Below, piece after piece: positions 10,295 to 22,284 of a stretch of 55,112 bases of DNA; the first letter of the stretch is position 1; each line of letters opens with the position of its first letter. Source of the DNA: Alloascoidea hylecoeti (taxonomy: Eukaryota). The DNA is taken from the NCBI GenBank assembly GCA_001600815.1, contig BCKZ01000026.1, forward strand, positions 210,730 to 265,841. Direction: 5' to 3'. A model generated the notes under the pieces. The model was not told where the DNA came from and ran no database searches. It was given only the letters and a program-made list of their open reading frames with translations. The position numbers and the translations under genes are program-made.

Positions 10295-12855
10295 TAGGAA
10301 ATTTACGCTTTGAACCCTAAGGATATCGTTTGTTTAGAAACATATGCATATGCATCAGAAACGATGGTTAGAAATGTGATGGAGAAAAGAATCTTCCATA
10401 AGATTAGGAAAACATGTTTATATTTCAGAAAATAGTGGAATTTAAAATTACATTTGAATCACAAAATATTAATAGGTCAAAAGGTAAGCTTAAGATCTAC
10501 AGCACTAACTATATGCCAGATACTGGTCCGAAATTTCTTGAGCCAAGATTAATTAATTGCAAAAGAACTATATAATACATACACTTAAAGTGTAGGAAAG
10601 CCTACTTATCGAAATATTAACTTTGAATTTATAGACGATGCTTATATGTGAGTTAAAGCTATAATCTCAATTTTAAATCTACACCAAAATTGTTAAAGTT
10701 AGCGCTGTTCGGTTCTTTTTCTAAATTTAATACGACCGTGAGTTTGTGTTATTATGAGATTCAGACAGATTTATTGGCCTACATAATTTATCAGTTCCTT
10801 TTGTATCTTTCTAAGGCTCAAAATAAATACTATCATCGTCAGGTAGAGGTTTTGTTCCTAGTATATGATTGTATGAAAATAAGGATGATTTTTATTTTCA
10901 TCGTTGCTGTTGCAAATGTAATATATACACATATTTATACTACAATTACTCTATACTTTAGGAGTGTCCTTACACAAGAATTCGAATCTTCAGATTACAA
11001 TTCGTTTCCGATTTCCCCAATGAAATATTTAAAACAACCCTCCTAGATTTGTCACCAACAACTTTACTTACTTGTAGAAGAGTACAGTACCCTTGAAACA
11101 TGTAGAGAATGATAACCTAAAGACTATTTTGAATATATAAGTTATATCTTGCAAGTTATTAAAAGAAAACGAACACATATGAGTCAATTATGTTTTTTCG
11201 AAAACAAGTAAGATAGTACGTACCATGTAATGTAAAGAAATTCTGAAATCAATGGATAACTACAATGTAGTGCTAAAGGCCCAACAGATAATCAAAATTG
11301 GAGGAAAATGTTCCATTATAATACTAATGAATAAGTCTCTTTAAATGTTTCTGTATCAAAACTGGAAATTTGAATATCGATGGAGTTTTTCGCCAATTCA
11401 AAACCCTTGGATTTATATAGTATATGATCATGGCCATGATCACGATCGATTTTGAGATAACTAAAAAGCTGCACCATTTGTTAAGGTTTGGTACGCAAAA
11501 TGGGCTAAATATGCTAATAAAAGATTTAAAATCGGATAACTAGCCTATTGCTTAATCAAGGTGATTGAGATAGTTGCTGAGGAAATATGTGATTCCAAAA
11601 AAACTAACCCACTTTTGATACTCTGAATAATTGAAAAAATTTATGACTTTCAAAGAAGCTCAACACTAACTCTCTCATGAAATACTTTTTATAGTAAAAG
11701 AATGGAATGATGTACCGGTACCAGCAATATTTTTGGACGATATTATGGGTTTAATTAGGTTGAATACATCTTACCGTGTATTTCTGAAAAATATTTTTGT
11801 TGCTTCCGTAGGAGTTTATTTAATTAGATCACGAAAAGGACCGACTGAAAACCTTTCATGAACCAAATCAAATTTATACAATGTACCATCATGGAGTTAG
11901 GTGAATTACGATGAAAACATAATTGGGATGTATAGTCATTATTAGTCAAGTAACCTGCCGTAAGGTGAAAGCAAAAATTAATCTGCTAAGACTGCTTTTG
12001 ATGATGTAGTATATTAAGATTAAGGACTAACTATAAATATATAAGGGTAACTAAAGGAATGCGAACAAATTATAATAATACCCTTTAGTAGCTCATAATA
12101 GCCTCGTATCCTGATGCAGAATATCAATATTTATCTGTTACTAAAAACTACCTAAAATATTAATTCGCATTAGTAAAAATCCAGGTTTAAAAAAGAAAAG
12201 ATCAATTCTATCAAATCATTATCAAATATATTTTTCAAAGATTAATATCAGATAGTGTCAATGGTTCTATTCATCGAGTAAAAGGTCCCCCCTAAACTCT
12301 AACATTAGAGATGCCAGAAAATGCAAAAAAAGTTCATCAGGTATTCTTTTAGAAAATTTTTCGATTGATGTTGATAGAATTGTTTTCATTAATACTGCAA
12401 AAGAGCATACCTTATGAAATAAAAATTAATAGGCCGATTTGTTAATCATTAATATTTTTTCATTGTGTAAGAATGAAAGATTGAATAAGGAAGAAAAGAT
12501 TGAAAATTTTATACCACTGAGTATATTGAGGAATGCATAGTATATTTCAGACCTACTTAGGGTTTTGAGACTTATTAAATATGATTACATCAGCAGATGT
12601 CTAACTTGTCGCAAAATGTCCATTTCTCTATGTGTTTAATGGACAAAAAGTACAACTTTCCCAAAAGTGGAATGAACAAAATGAACAGTCTTGTTCCATT
12701 TTCCTAACAAAAATGGACATAATCATTTTTCAAACTTTAAAATCATACGCATGACATAGGTAAATTATACAATACCAACGTTCCACCAAATAATAGCTAG
12801 TTTTGTGCAAAATGTTGGACCATCTTTTGAAGAATAGTTACCCACAAACTCCCAA

Positions 12856-14170
12856 ATGATATATAATTTTACTTCCAGACTCCAGCCCGAATATCAATTT
12901 GGTCTCCAACAAAACCCAATTAAACAATCGCAACATGTCCATACTGATGAATCTTCAGACTTCAGTCAATTTTGTCTCCGATGTCCCAAGGAAATATCTG
13001 AAATAATCTTCTTAGATTTGCCACTGACAACTTTACTTAATTGCAGAAAAGTATCTAAACCATGGAAGCAATTAGTTGAAAAAGATGATATATGGAAATC
13101 AAAGTTTCAACATCAAAAATATTGGAAATACAATAATGATAAATCAGAAATTGATTCGTGGTATCAATTATATAGAGAACATAATATTTCATGATCAAAT
13201 TGGAAAAATAATAAATTTAGGAGGTAAAAAATTGAAGGGTCATTATGATGAAATATGTTGTATTAAATTTTTAAAAAATTGGATTGTGACTGCTTCTGAA
13301 CAATAAGAAGTTGGGATAGTGAACTTGTAAATGTTTAAGAGAATTGGGTCCTTGTGAACCTTCAAGGGTACAGATATCAGTAAAAGAGTTTGAGTCGATG
13401 GGCATGATAGATTTAACAGATGATAATGATCCTAAAACCCATTTGGATAAGGTTATATGTTTGGAAATTAACGATAAATTTTTGGTTTCCGGTTCAACTG
13501 ATTGCTCAGCTATAATTTGGAGATTACCAGGTTTTAAACCAATGAAACGTTTGATAATGGCGGAACGAGGATGTCATTCATATTTAAATCTTGTCGCTTT
13601 ATTCAATGATTATATTGTATATGGTGATGATTATTACATTGAGGTATGGAAATCAAGTCTTGATAATTCAGATCAACTACAGTTTAATTTACAATACCGT
13701 TTAGAAGCAGGCTTTTGTAATCTTTGCATTCATAATGGTATTTTGTATACTACATCGCTCAAAGGCAGTATGAAATCTTGGAATATTGAAGCTGGTCATA
13801 TAATCCAAAAATTTCCATTTGATGATATATGTTGCATTGCAGTAAATGATCAAAACATTTATTAGTAATGGCAACAATATAACAGTTCTGGATTTACAAA
13901 CAAATGAAGATATTGTGACATGAATGAGCACGTGATTTATGTATAATCAATAATAAAATCATTTCTGTTAATTTTGATTGTACTATTATGATTTGGAATT
14001 TAATCTAAAATTATTTAAAAGCTTTAAAAGTAATCATAAGAAAAGAACTCTATCAATTAGTGCTGAGTCGAAAAGGCTAGCTGCTTTTGAAAAACATGGT
14101 GATGTTGTTATTTATGATTTTACTGAAAATTTGCGGAAGAAATATTTAAAACTTGAAAATAGAAAATATA
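12856..14170 (+). pseudogene. Disrupted F-box/WD40 protein gene (multiple stops and frameshifts)
   Basis: F-box CPKEISEIIFLDLPLTTLLNCRKVSKPWKQLVEKDDIWK; WD repeats LKGHYDEICCIKF..NWIVTAS and HLDKVICLEINDKFLVSGSTDCSAIIW. Split across ORFs 12856-13194, 13076-13306, 13344-13865 and 13978-14238, with no splice signals that rescue the frame. Confidence 0.88.
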
Positions 14171-15370
14171 AGTCGTTGCTTAAGCTTAAAGAAATTTCAA
14201 TTGAAATAAATCTAATAATATCAACCCCCCATTACTAGTATTAGCGGACTGTAACCTTATATGTATATTAGACATATTATTGTCGATGTAATTTAACTTG
14301 ATTTTATTTATCAAATATCATCAATCTATGATTATAACCGTTTATTATAATCTATAGCTCTGACCCACCGCGATTGTGTTATGAAACCCTAGGTTCAATC
14401 TTTAAAAAATAACTACTGAATCTCTTGTATCCACCTAAGATTATTATGAGTACCTTTTATAGGAAACAAATAAATTTGTTATATTTCAAAGATTGTTTTA
14501 GTTTTTGTGTTTATCTGCTCACGGCTGATACGTAACCAACGTAAATGTTTCCAACTGTGGTATATGAAAATAGACATCCAGGAGATACACAAATCAAATT
14601 TAAAGGAAAGTAGTTAAGAGCTTATTAGTTAGTTGGCCAACACACCAATCCATTAAAATAATAGTCACATTACTAAGGAAATCTACATATAAATAGAATA
14701 TCTTTAACAAAAATATAGTATTATTTCCAACTTTAGAAACCAGAGAAGAAATCGTCAAAAACGGGAATTATACAACCGTTACACTTAATTGCGGCCAAGT
14801 CTGAGCCTAAATATTACCCCAAATGATCGATTAGGTATTCGCTAGATATTAACATCCTGGTTGAAATTAAGCGTAATGACTGCGTAAGCTTACATTAACG
14901 CAGTTATAATTACTTCCTCTAAAAGACTTAAGTTCAAGAGTTATGATGGCATTATAAAGTATCCTGTTCATATGTGTATTGTCAACTGAAGCTACATTAC
15001 CGATATATTTCCATTAAATTGTAACTACACTTTCATAAATATTTGTAGACACATACACATTTAGAAGATCAAGCTCTTGTATATTAACATTACATATTAT
15101 TATTAATACATAAGTACATACTACTAGTTTTTAATTATAAGCGTAAGTTAAAGCCTCAAATAAACAAATTAAATAGATAGAAAAAAAAAAGATCTAAAAG
15201 GCATTCTATTATAAAATGAAAAGAAGAATTTTAAATTAAAGCAAAATTTAAAAGCAAACAATTATAGAAATTGAAACTAAAAATAATGTATCACAGGAGG
15301 GGAGTTAGAAATTCAAAATAAGGGTATTTTAAAATTTATAAAGGAAATTTAATTGATTTAAGATATTCAA

Positions 15371-16795
15371 TTATCTTCGTTGTCTCTTAGCAGGTGCATC
15401 TTCAATTTTAGTTTCAGTTGGTGAACCTCTAACTAAATTAGGTTTTAAGTCAACATCATTTGTAGAATTAGGATTAACATTAACACTATTAGATGAACCA
15501 GCTTGAGGATAAGAACTTACATTGTAAAATGCATTTTGATTATTAACATTCTTTGAATCTATCGAAGCTGCTGGTTGAAGTGCAGGATCGTATGGATACA
15601 ATTCAGATTTGACTTCCGAAGCTGAAGGTTGATTATAAGGATAATTAGAATAACTCGAATATTGTTGTTGATAATGTGGATAACTAGAAGGTATCAAACT
15701 CTTATCAGATTGCTGCTGTTGACGTTGAGCTTGGGCCTGAGCTTGAGCTTGGGCCTGGGCCTGGGCTTGTTGTATATGCAATTGAGTACTGACTTGAGAA
15801 TGGGCCTGAGATTGCTGGAGAGCATTTAAAGGAGACTGAAGTCGCGAAGAAGAAGATTGAATTGGTCGATTCTTATAATAGAGACCCAACGATTGTTGTT
15901 GCTGTTGCTGCTGCTGCTGCTGCTGCTGCTGTTGTTGCAATTGTTGTTGTTGTAATTGTTGTTGTTGTAATTGCTGCTGCTGCTGCTGCTGATGATGATG
16001 TTGTTGTTGTTGCTGTTGTTGCTGTTGTTGTTGTTGTTGTTGTTGTTGAAGCTGTTGTTGATGATGTTGATTTTGATTTTGATTTTGATGTTGTTGCTGT
16101 TGTTGATGCTGACTTGTAGTAGTAATTGGATACATACCGGATGGCAATTCAGCACCATGATATAATAAGGTCTTCACATAGTTTGAAGGTTGATATAGGA
16201 AGCTCTTTATATCATTTACAAACAAAGGATATAACAAATCAACAATATTTTCCTTATTTGCCAAACGTAAAGCACGCTCAAAAGGAATCCAAACACCTTT
16301 CAGATTCATAGAACCAAATTTGACAACATTTCTTTGTTTCTCCATCTTCAGGAGACCATCACGTCTGCCACGGGTAATATTAGTGACAACATTCAATAGT
16401 TTTGTTCCGTTTATATAATTGTTGTCTTCACGACGGGCGACGCTTACATTATTGACCTCGACTTGGAAACACAAAGTGCTTTCATCCTCCCATAGAGTGG
16501 TGGTGACCTTTGGCTGGATTCCGGGGGGGAGACGTTGGCCGGTGGGGTCAAAGACGGTGGTCATGCTGACGGGAGGGAAGGGGGCGGCAGGGACGGGGGA
16601 ATGCTGTGGGATGGTTTGGGGTTGTGGTTGTGGGATGGGTTGAGATTGTGGGATGGGTTGAGATTGGGTCTGAGATTGGGGCTGCCCTGGCTGCTGTTGT
16701 ATGTACGAAGTTGCTGGTACCTGCGAATTTGAGTTATGTCTGTACATGTATCCTGCTGGAAATTCTTCAGACTGTTCAGACGCGTGCTTGTACAT
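15371..16795 (-). CDS. APSES transcription factor, Efg1/Sok2/Phd1/StuA subfamily, with long poly-Q
   Basis: [42 protein letters not shown]...[10 protein letters not shown]...[13 protein letters not shown]...LYPLFV; C-terminal PAKRQRR NLS-like tail. Confidence 0.95.
   Translation of the reverse strand: MYKHASEQSEEFPAGYMYRHNSNSQVPATSYIQQQPGQPQSQTQSQPIPQSQPIPQPQPQTIPQHSPVPAAPFPPVSMTTVFDPTGQRLPPGIQPKVTTTLWEDESTLCFQVEVNNVSVARREDNNYINGTKLLNVVTNITRGRRDGLLKMEKQRNVVKFGSMNLKGVWIPFERALRLANKENIVDLLYPLFVNDIKSFLYQPSNYVKTLLYHGAELPSGMYPITTTSQHQQQQQHQNQNQNQHHQQQLQQQQQQQQQQQQQQQQHHHQQQQQQQLQQQQLQQQQLQQQQQQQQQQQQQQQSLGLYYKNRPIQSSSSRLQSPLNALQQSQAHSQVSTQLHIQQAQAQAQAQAQAQAQRQQQQSDKSLIPSSYPHYQQQYSSYSNYPYNQPSASEVKSELYPYDPALQPAASIDSKNVNNQNAFYNVSSYPQAGSSNSVNVNPNSTNDVDLKPNLVRGSPTETKIEDAPAKRQRR
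15710..16110 (-). repeat. Coding CAA/CAG poly-Gln microsatellite and QA repeat inside the APSES gene
   Basis: Long TGT/TGC-type triplet runs on the + strand at 15890-16110 and a QAQAQA-encoding tract at ~15725-15770. Confidence 0.9.
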
Positions 16796-19234
16796 TTATC
16801 ACTTGCGTTGAGATGCCGACTTTTACTTTGCGATCAAATATTCTGAATTTAAAGACTGCCCCAATGTCACGAATAAAAAGAGTGAATGGAGAAGAGTGAA
16901 TGAAGAAGAGGAAAGGAAAGAAGGAGGGGCAAAAACGTCCACTTTTTGCGGCTAGATACCTCCCTCCACCTGCCCAAAAGAGCAACCAATCGCCGTCTCA
17001 CTCGGGTCGAGGCACTTCGGGTCCACGGGCACAGGGCCTCTGCAGCTACGTTCACCGTAGAAGCACTACCCGTTCCCCAACAGGCTTAAAAGCATAGCCT
17101 CAAACATTCGTAGTCCAATAGAAGCCCTTGAATTTTCCGCTAGCAACCTTTATATTGCTGAGTAAGAGAATGAATTGTCAACATGCCAAAGTGAGGAATT
17201 TTGCATCGAAGATTCATGTTTTGACACGACAAATTAATATTTATCTTGCAATTGTAACGACATGTCAGACGTAGTAGTGTACATGTATTTGCTTGTTGAC
17301 GTGCGACCAACATACGACAACGTAGGGTCCAGCATAGCAAGCGTTGCCCTACATACACATAAGCTTATAATTATATTTCGTATATTCAGATTTCCAACTG
17401 AATAAATATCTATATACAAAGAAATTATTCTACTAACTGCAATCAATCATTAGCTTCTGTCAAAATATTATGCACAATCATAATTATTAGCTTATTAATC
17501 TTAATCCTAGAATAGCACAAGGTTGTCGTTCATTGATCTTTTTCAATTGAATAGAGAGCTATAGATCTGTGTTCAGAAAATACCAAACATATAATCACCT
17601 TTAATTTCCAGTTTATCCATAGATAATTTAAATTAGAATGCCAATATTAGTTAATTATTTCCCTATAACCAAATGCCTGGGAAACTTTTGCTACGTTTCT
17701 GAATTCATTGCTATATAGTACATACACACTGAAGTCCTTCTGTTCTAATTGTTTTATATAACGTTCCATTGATCCATCCGGAAATATTTCTATAGCCGTA
17801 TAAAGTTTCTGATTCTCATTTTATTATGCGGTACAATAGCAACAAATAATCTCATATGCCTCTAGTGTTGACGTATCTGTATATAAACAAGGATCATCAT
17901 ATAGGGTTATATGACCATCACAAAGATTAATGTGTATTAATATTCCAAGTTCAAATGACGATCAAATAACGGTCGATCGCGATTAAAAGAAGAATGAATA
18001 TATTTCATCATCTAGATCTAGATTTATAATATTGAAGAGATTAAAATCGGCGTTATATAAGTTAGTTATATAATTCTTGATCATTTGCCATAAGTATAGT
18101 TATAACCTATCAAATTCTGATAACATCCGAGCCCTAACACAAAAACTAAAATATTTTTTAAGATTTAACGAAATTATCTATTGCTTATATACAACGTATT
18201 TATCATTGATAAAACATAGGAGAATCTGGTAGCTTTTTTTGTATCCATATTTTGAAAAAAGTCGTTCAGCCATTTCCACAATTTCATCAATGTTAAGAAC
18301 AGGTACAATATTAGAAATCACTCTGACACCTAAATCAACCCACAAACCCTAGAAAATGGTGTATTCAAGTTTTCCGGTCTATTGAGTGGTTTACCTGGCT
18401 CTGGTACGTCAGTGAAGTAGCGCCGTTAGGACCCAAACATCGGCAGCAGATGAGCAGCCTTCTCATGGTAAATTGAATATTCTTCCACAAAATTGGCCAA
18501 CCTCATATATTTCTAATAAGTCAGCTTTCTGGGCATTGAATCTATGACCAGACCAACTTAAATGCCTGGAAAATCTATAAACAAAAACTAATATGGCACT
18601 TTTGGGTAGCCGAAAAGGGGTCGTGTGACCTTTAATTTTGGTGTAACAACATTGACATTTTATCCTGTGTCTTACCTAAGTTATGCTGGATAAAATTATC
18701 TGAATCCTCTCTCTATATTTAATTAAATCTGAGAGCTCAATTTCAATTTTATCTAATAAGCTAGTGTTCTGTGTATATCTCTGTATATCATTTACGAATA
18801 ATTATCGGGAACTCCTTCACTAATTACGTTGCCATACTAATAGCTAACCGTAATACCGCATACCGTCAGGAAGGGCTAACGGGCCAAAAATGCTACCAAG
18901 TAGTACCAACCCTCCTAAAATTGTTACATTAATATATATGGAATGTGATTTTCTAGATGATAAAAGAATGTTTTGTGTTTGTGTTTGTTTTACAAAACAA
19001 GTGATGAATAATGACACCTTCATCTTATTGGAAAGTATTCGTGTTCAAGTTAGCAGGTGTACATTCTGTAGAAATATATTTGCTTGCAATTGCGTTCCAA
19101 TTGTAGATATAGCCAATTAGATATAGCTGGCGTCAGATAATGAAAACTCTAAATCTAGTTAAGCTTTAATTGATCGTTTAAGCATATATTAATTATTAAT
19201 TTTATTTAATTATAAAAAGTTTTAAACTTATAAA

Positions 19235-22138
19235 TCAAACATCACGGGTATCACCAAACCTATTTAAGCCAGTTAAAATCAATCTTTGAGAATTATCTGT
19301 TGTAGTTAAATCATAATCATCACTATATTGTCTTTGCTTTTGCCATTTCTTTAATTTTTTCAATCTTTCATTAGCTTCTGTAGGACCAGAAATAACAGCA
19401 CCATTTTCATTTATTTGCTTTCTCATATCTTGATCATTAATACCACTAAAGAATTCAAAAATTTTATCAGCAATAAGAACTAATAAAACCAAAGGCCAAT
19501 GTGTTAATTTTAATGTCCAAACGCGTAAACTTCTATGCTGTCTTTTATTTAAAACCAATCGCAAAAGTCTTAAAATTGTGACACTAATTATATTCATTGG
19601 TGGATAAAAATATGTTAACCTTGAGTTTATTGAAGTATCCAAAACCATTGATGAAAACATTAAAATGTATTCTTGATTTGCATTTTCCATTATTAAACTT
19701 AATTTTGAAGTAATTAAAGAAATTAAAATTGTTATTAATAAAATTTGTGTCATGGTTACAAAAATAATCATTAATATCGTACCAAATCTTGGAGAAATTA
19801 AAGGAGCATTTTGAAATCCTTCATAAGCATTACCAAAAAACACATGAATTAATAAATCAGTCATACTACTCCATTTATAACCATTTTTATAACCCAAAAA
19901 TGTAAATGTTGTTAAAAATCCAATGTAAACAATGATTATGATTATTAAAAATTTAAAAAATTGTTTTGCCATTTCTTTTAAACATGGGAAAAGAGTACCG
20001 AAATATGGGAAAACGGTTAAAAATGAAAACATTCTTGGTATTAAACAAGCACCTTCTAGTGCTAATAGATCAAATGAAAGATCTGTATAATAATAACCAC
20101 TATGATACCCAATCTTAATATCCGGGTTGATATTATAAAAAATCATACCAATTAATCTTGTTATAAAACTCGATAAATAAATCAAAACAATAAAAACATC
20201 AAAGGAACTCCAAAAATCAGTTATATAAAAATTCCAGTTTCCAGCTTCTCTTAATTGAGAAACTTCTTCTAAAACAACACCAATAAACCAAATATGCATC
20301 CAAACTTCACTATTTGTAAACATTTTATCAACTGATGCTTTATGTCTTGATAGTGTAATAAAATATAACATTAATAAAATCAAATAATTCAGAACCAATA
20401 GCATTGATCTATACCTTGGGATTCTTAATTTTGCAAAAACATCAACTTGAGTATCGGTATGACCAAGTCCATAAACAACATGGGTAATTTTTGTTGCTTT
20501 TGAATCTATTTTATTCCAAAATATAATTCTACCAGACCAAATACCTTGTATAATTCTTCTAACTGATGGGGCACATAAAAATCGTTTACAACTGTTTAAA
20601 ACAGCAATTTCCAAAGCGCATAAATTATTTAACGATTCGATTGCATCCATTGTTTGTAAACTACTTAATAGTAGTGGGTCGTATTTAAATTTAAGTGGAT
20701 CATTCAAATCACTATAATTATTATTAAGCCAAAATCTAGTTGGAGTAACAACACCAGAACCATGAATATAATTACCATGAGAATAATTATTAACTGCTGA
20801 ATTTGTAATAAGTTTTTCTCTTATATCTCTATCATATTTCCCATCAAAAGTTAAATAATCAATCTTATTAATTTCACTTAAAGATATTAAAAATCGAATT
20901 GCTAATGCTTCAGAAGCATAACTTCTTGCCTGTGCAATTGCTCGTTCTTGATCATCATCATCTTTAATAACAAAATCGTAAGCTCTATTTGTAAAATGAA
21001 ACTGACATACTAATAATGCTGTAATTATTCCTTTATGTTGTTCATTCATATTGGGATTATAATTGGTGTTGAATTTAGATTGCTTTAAGAGAGGTTCCTG
21101 TTCCTGATCTTGCTCTTGCTCTTCCTCTTCTTGTTGACTCTGATTATCATTATCACTTGTTTCTGATACAGCATCATTAGATAAGAATTTATCATCATCG
21201 TTATAACTATGGCCAATTGGCAATGATGATGATGATTTGATTGATGATATTTCAGTTGCTACTAAAGGTTTAGAAATTTTAGTTTGGACATCACGGTCAT
21301 CGTCAACTGACAGGCGTGTGGATGATTTCGGCATGAATTCTCCATTATCATGAGATATAGGTGAAGGGGTAAATTGTGTTTGTGCTCGTTTTCTGATACG
21401 ATTTGATAAGCCAATAGTTTCATTTGAAGATCGAAACATTTCAAGATTCGGGTTACTTAATGATAAAAGTAATGGTTGCAAAATAAACCTATAGACAGGA
21501 CTTGAATCGTTAACATCATCTTTGAAACCAATAGTATACCAATCACCACCTTGTAGTATTGAGTTACCTTCGGATGACCTTAAAGTTGAAGAAGCATTCC
21601 GATTGGAATTAAAAAATTGATCAATATCATGTGGTAGATTGATATATTTGCATATAGTTTTTTCAATTTCAAAAACCAAATCAGTAAAAGATAATGAAGA
21701 AGATAATGGAGGGAAATGTGGCAATTGAACTTTTGGTTTCAAATTATGTATATGGCTTGATACTCCAGTTTTTGACCGAATTCTTGGATGATCATAATGA
21801 GTATTATTGAAAGGATTTCGATCGCGAGCTTTTGGGTTGTTATTTAATTGATTAGTATTAGTATTTGGTTCCGATTGAAAACTAATATTAATACTGTTAA
21901 CATCGGTATCAAAGACACTATCTTCATCATTTGAGATATTGGGGTCAGGTTCAGGAATATATAAATCCTCAAGTTGTGTATTGTGATTCCGATAACCTTT
22001 TAATATGGATTTTATTTGATTTTTAATAAAAGGAGAATATTTATGTTTATGTTTTGGTTTGGAGGACGATGAGATTGGAATCGATGGATGCATAAACTGG
22101 CCAAGGTCCATATCCATTCCTTTACCTGATGAACCCAT
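19235..22138 (-). CDS. Yvc1-related TRP-like nonselective cation channel, paralogue A (967 aa)
   Basis: ARSYASEALAIRFL, ALEIAVLNSCKRFL...IWSGRIIFW...LRIPRYR, at least 6 hydrophobic segments, FDLLALEGACLIPRMFSFL, YFYPPMNII. Confidence 0.85.
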   Translation of the reverse strand: MGSSGKGMDMDLGQFMHPSIPISSSSKPKHKHKYSPFIKNQIKSILKGYRNHNTQLEDLYIPEPDPNISNDEDSVFDTDVNSINISFQSEPNTNTNQLNNNPKARDRNPFNNTHYDHPRIRSKTGVSSHIHNLKPKVQLPHFPPLSSSLSFTDLVFEIEKTICKYINLPHDIDQFFNSNRNASSTLRSSEGNSILQGGDWYTIGFKDDVNDSSPVYRFILQPLLLSLSNPNLEMFRSSNETIGLSNRIRKRAQTQFTPSPISHDNGEFMPKSSTRLSVDDDRDVQTKISKPLVATEISSIKSSSSLPIGHSYNDDDKFLSNDAVSETSDNDNQSQQEEEEQEQDQEQEPLLKQSKFNTNYNPNMNEQHKGIITALLVCQFHFTNRAYDFVIKDDDDQERAIAQARSYASEALAIRFLISLSEINKIDYLTFDGKYDRDIREKLITNSAVNNYSHGNYIHGSGVVTPTRFWLNNNYSDLNDPLKFKYDPLLLSSLQTMDAIESLNNLCALEIAVLNSCKRFLCAPSVRRIIQGIWSGRIIFWNKIDSKATKITHVVYGLGHTDTQVDVFAKLRIPRYRSMLLVLNYLILLMLYFITLSRHKASVDKMFTNSEVWMHIWFIGVVLEEVSQLREAGNWNFYITDFWSSFDVFIVLIYLSSFITRLIGMIFYNINPDIKIGYHSGYYYTDLSFDLLALEGACLIPRMFSFLTVFPYFGTLFPCLKEMAKQFFKFLIIIIIVYIGFLTTFTFLGYKNGYKWSSMTDLLIHVFFGNAYEGFQNAPLISPRFGTILMIIFVTMTQILLITILISLITSKLSLIMENANQEYILMFSSMVLDTSINSRLTYFYPPMNIISVTILRLLRLVLNKRQHRSLRVWTLKLTHWPLVLLVLIADKIFEFFSGINDQDMRKQINENGAVISGPTEANERLKKLKKWQKQRQYSDDYDLTTTDNSQRLILTGLNRFGDTRDV

Positions 22139-22284
22139 CTTTATCTTTCTATATTATAGCTTTAATAAGATATCAAGTTAACATGGAAAATATTGGAAGG
22201 AGTAGTAAAAATATGTGGAAAATATTAGGTTTACATGTTTGATCATACAAAATAAGATGTCACCACGTGCACCATAATATTTAA

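Noticed and set aside
10690..11046. 118-aa hydrophobic ORF
   Set aside because: Non-ATG start, composition typical of AT-rich non-coding DNA, no motif.
14350..14405. GGTTCAATC T-loop-like motif suggesting a tRNA
   Set aside because: No acceptor stem, D-arm or anticodon arm can be formed.
15629..16311. Several overlapping ORFs (poly-L, poly-V/A, poly-N) around the APSES gene
   Set aside because: Alternate-frame and antisense shadows of the poly-Q microsatellite.
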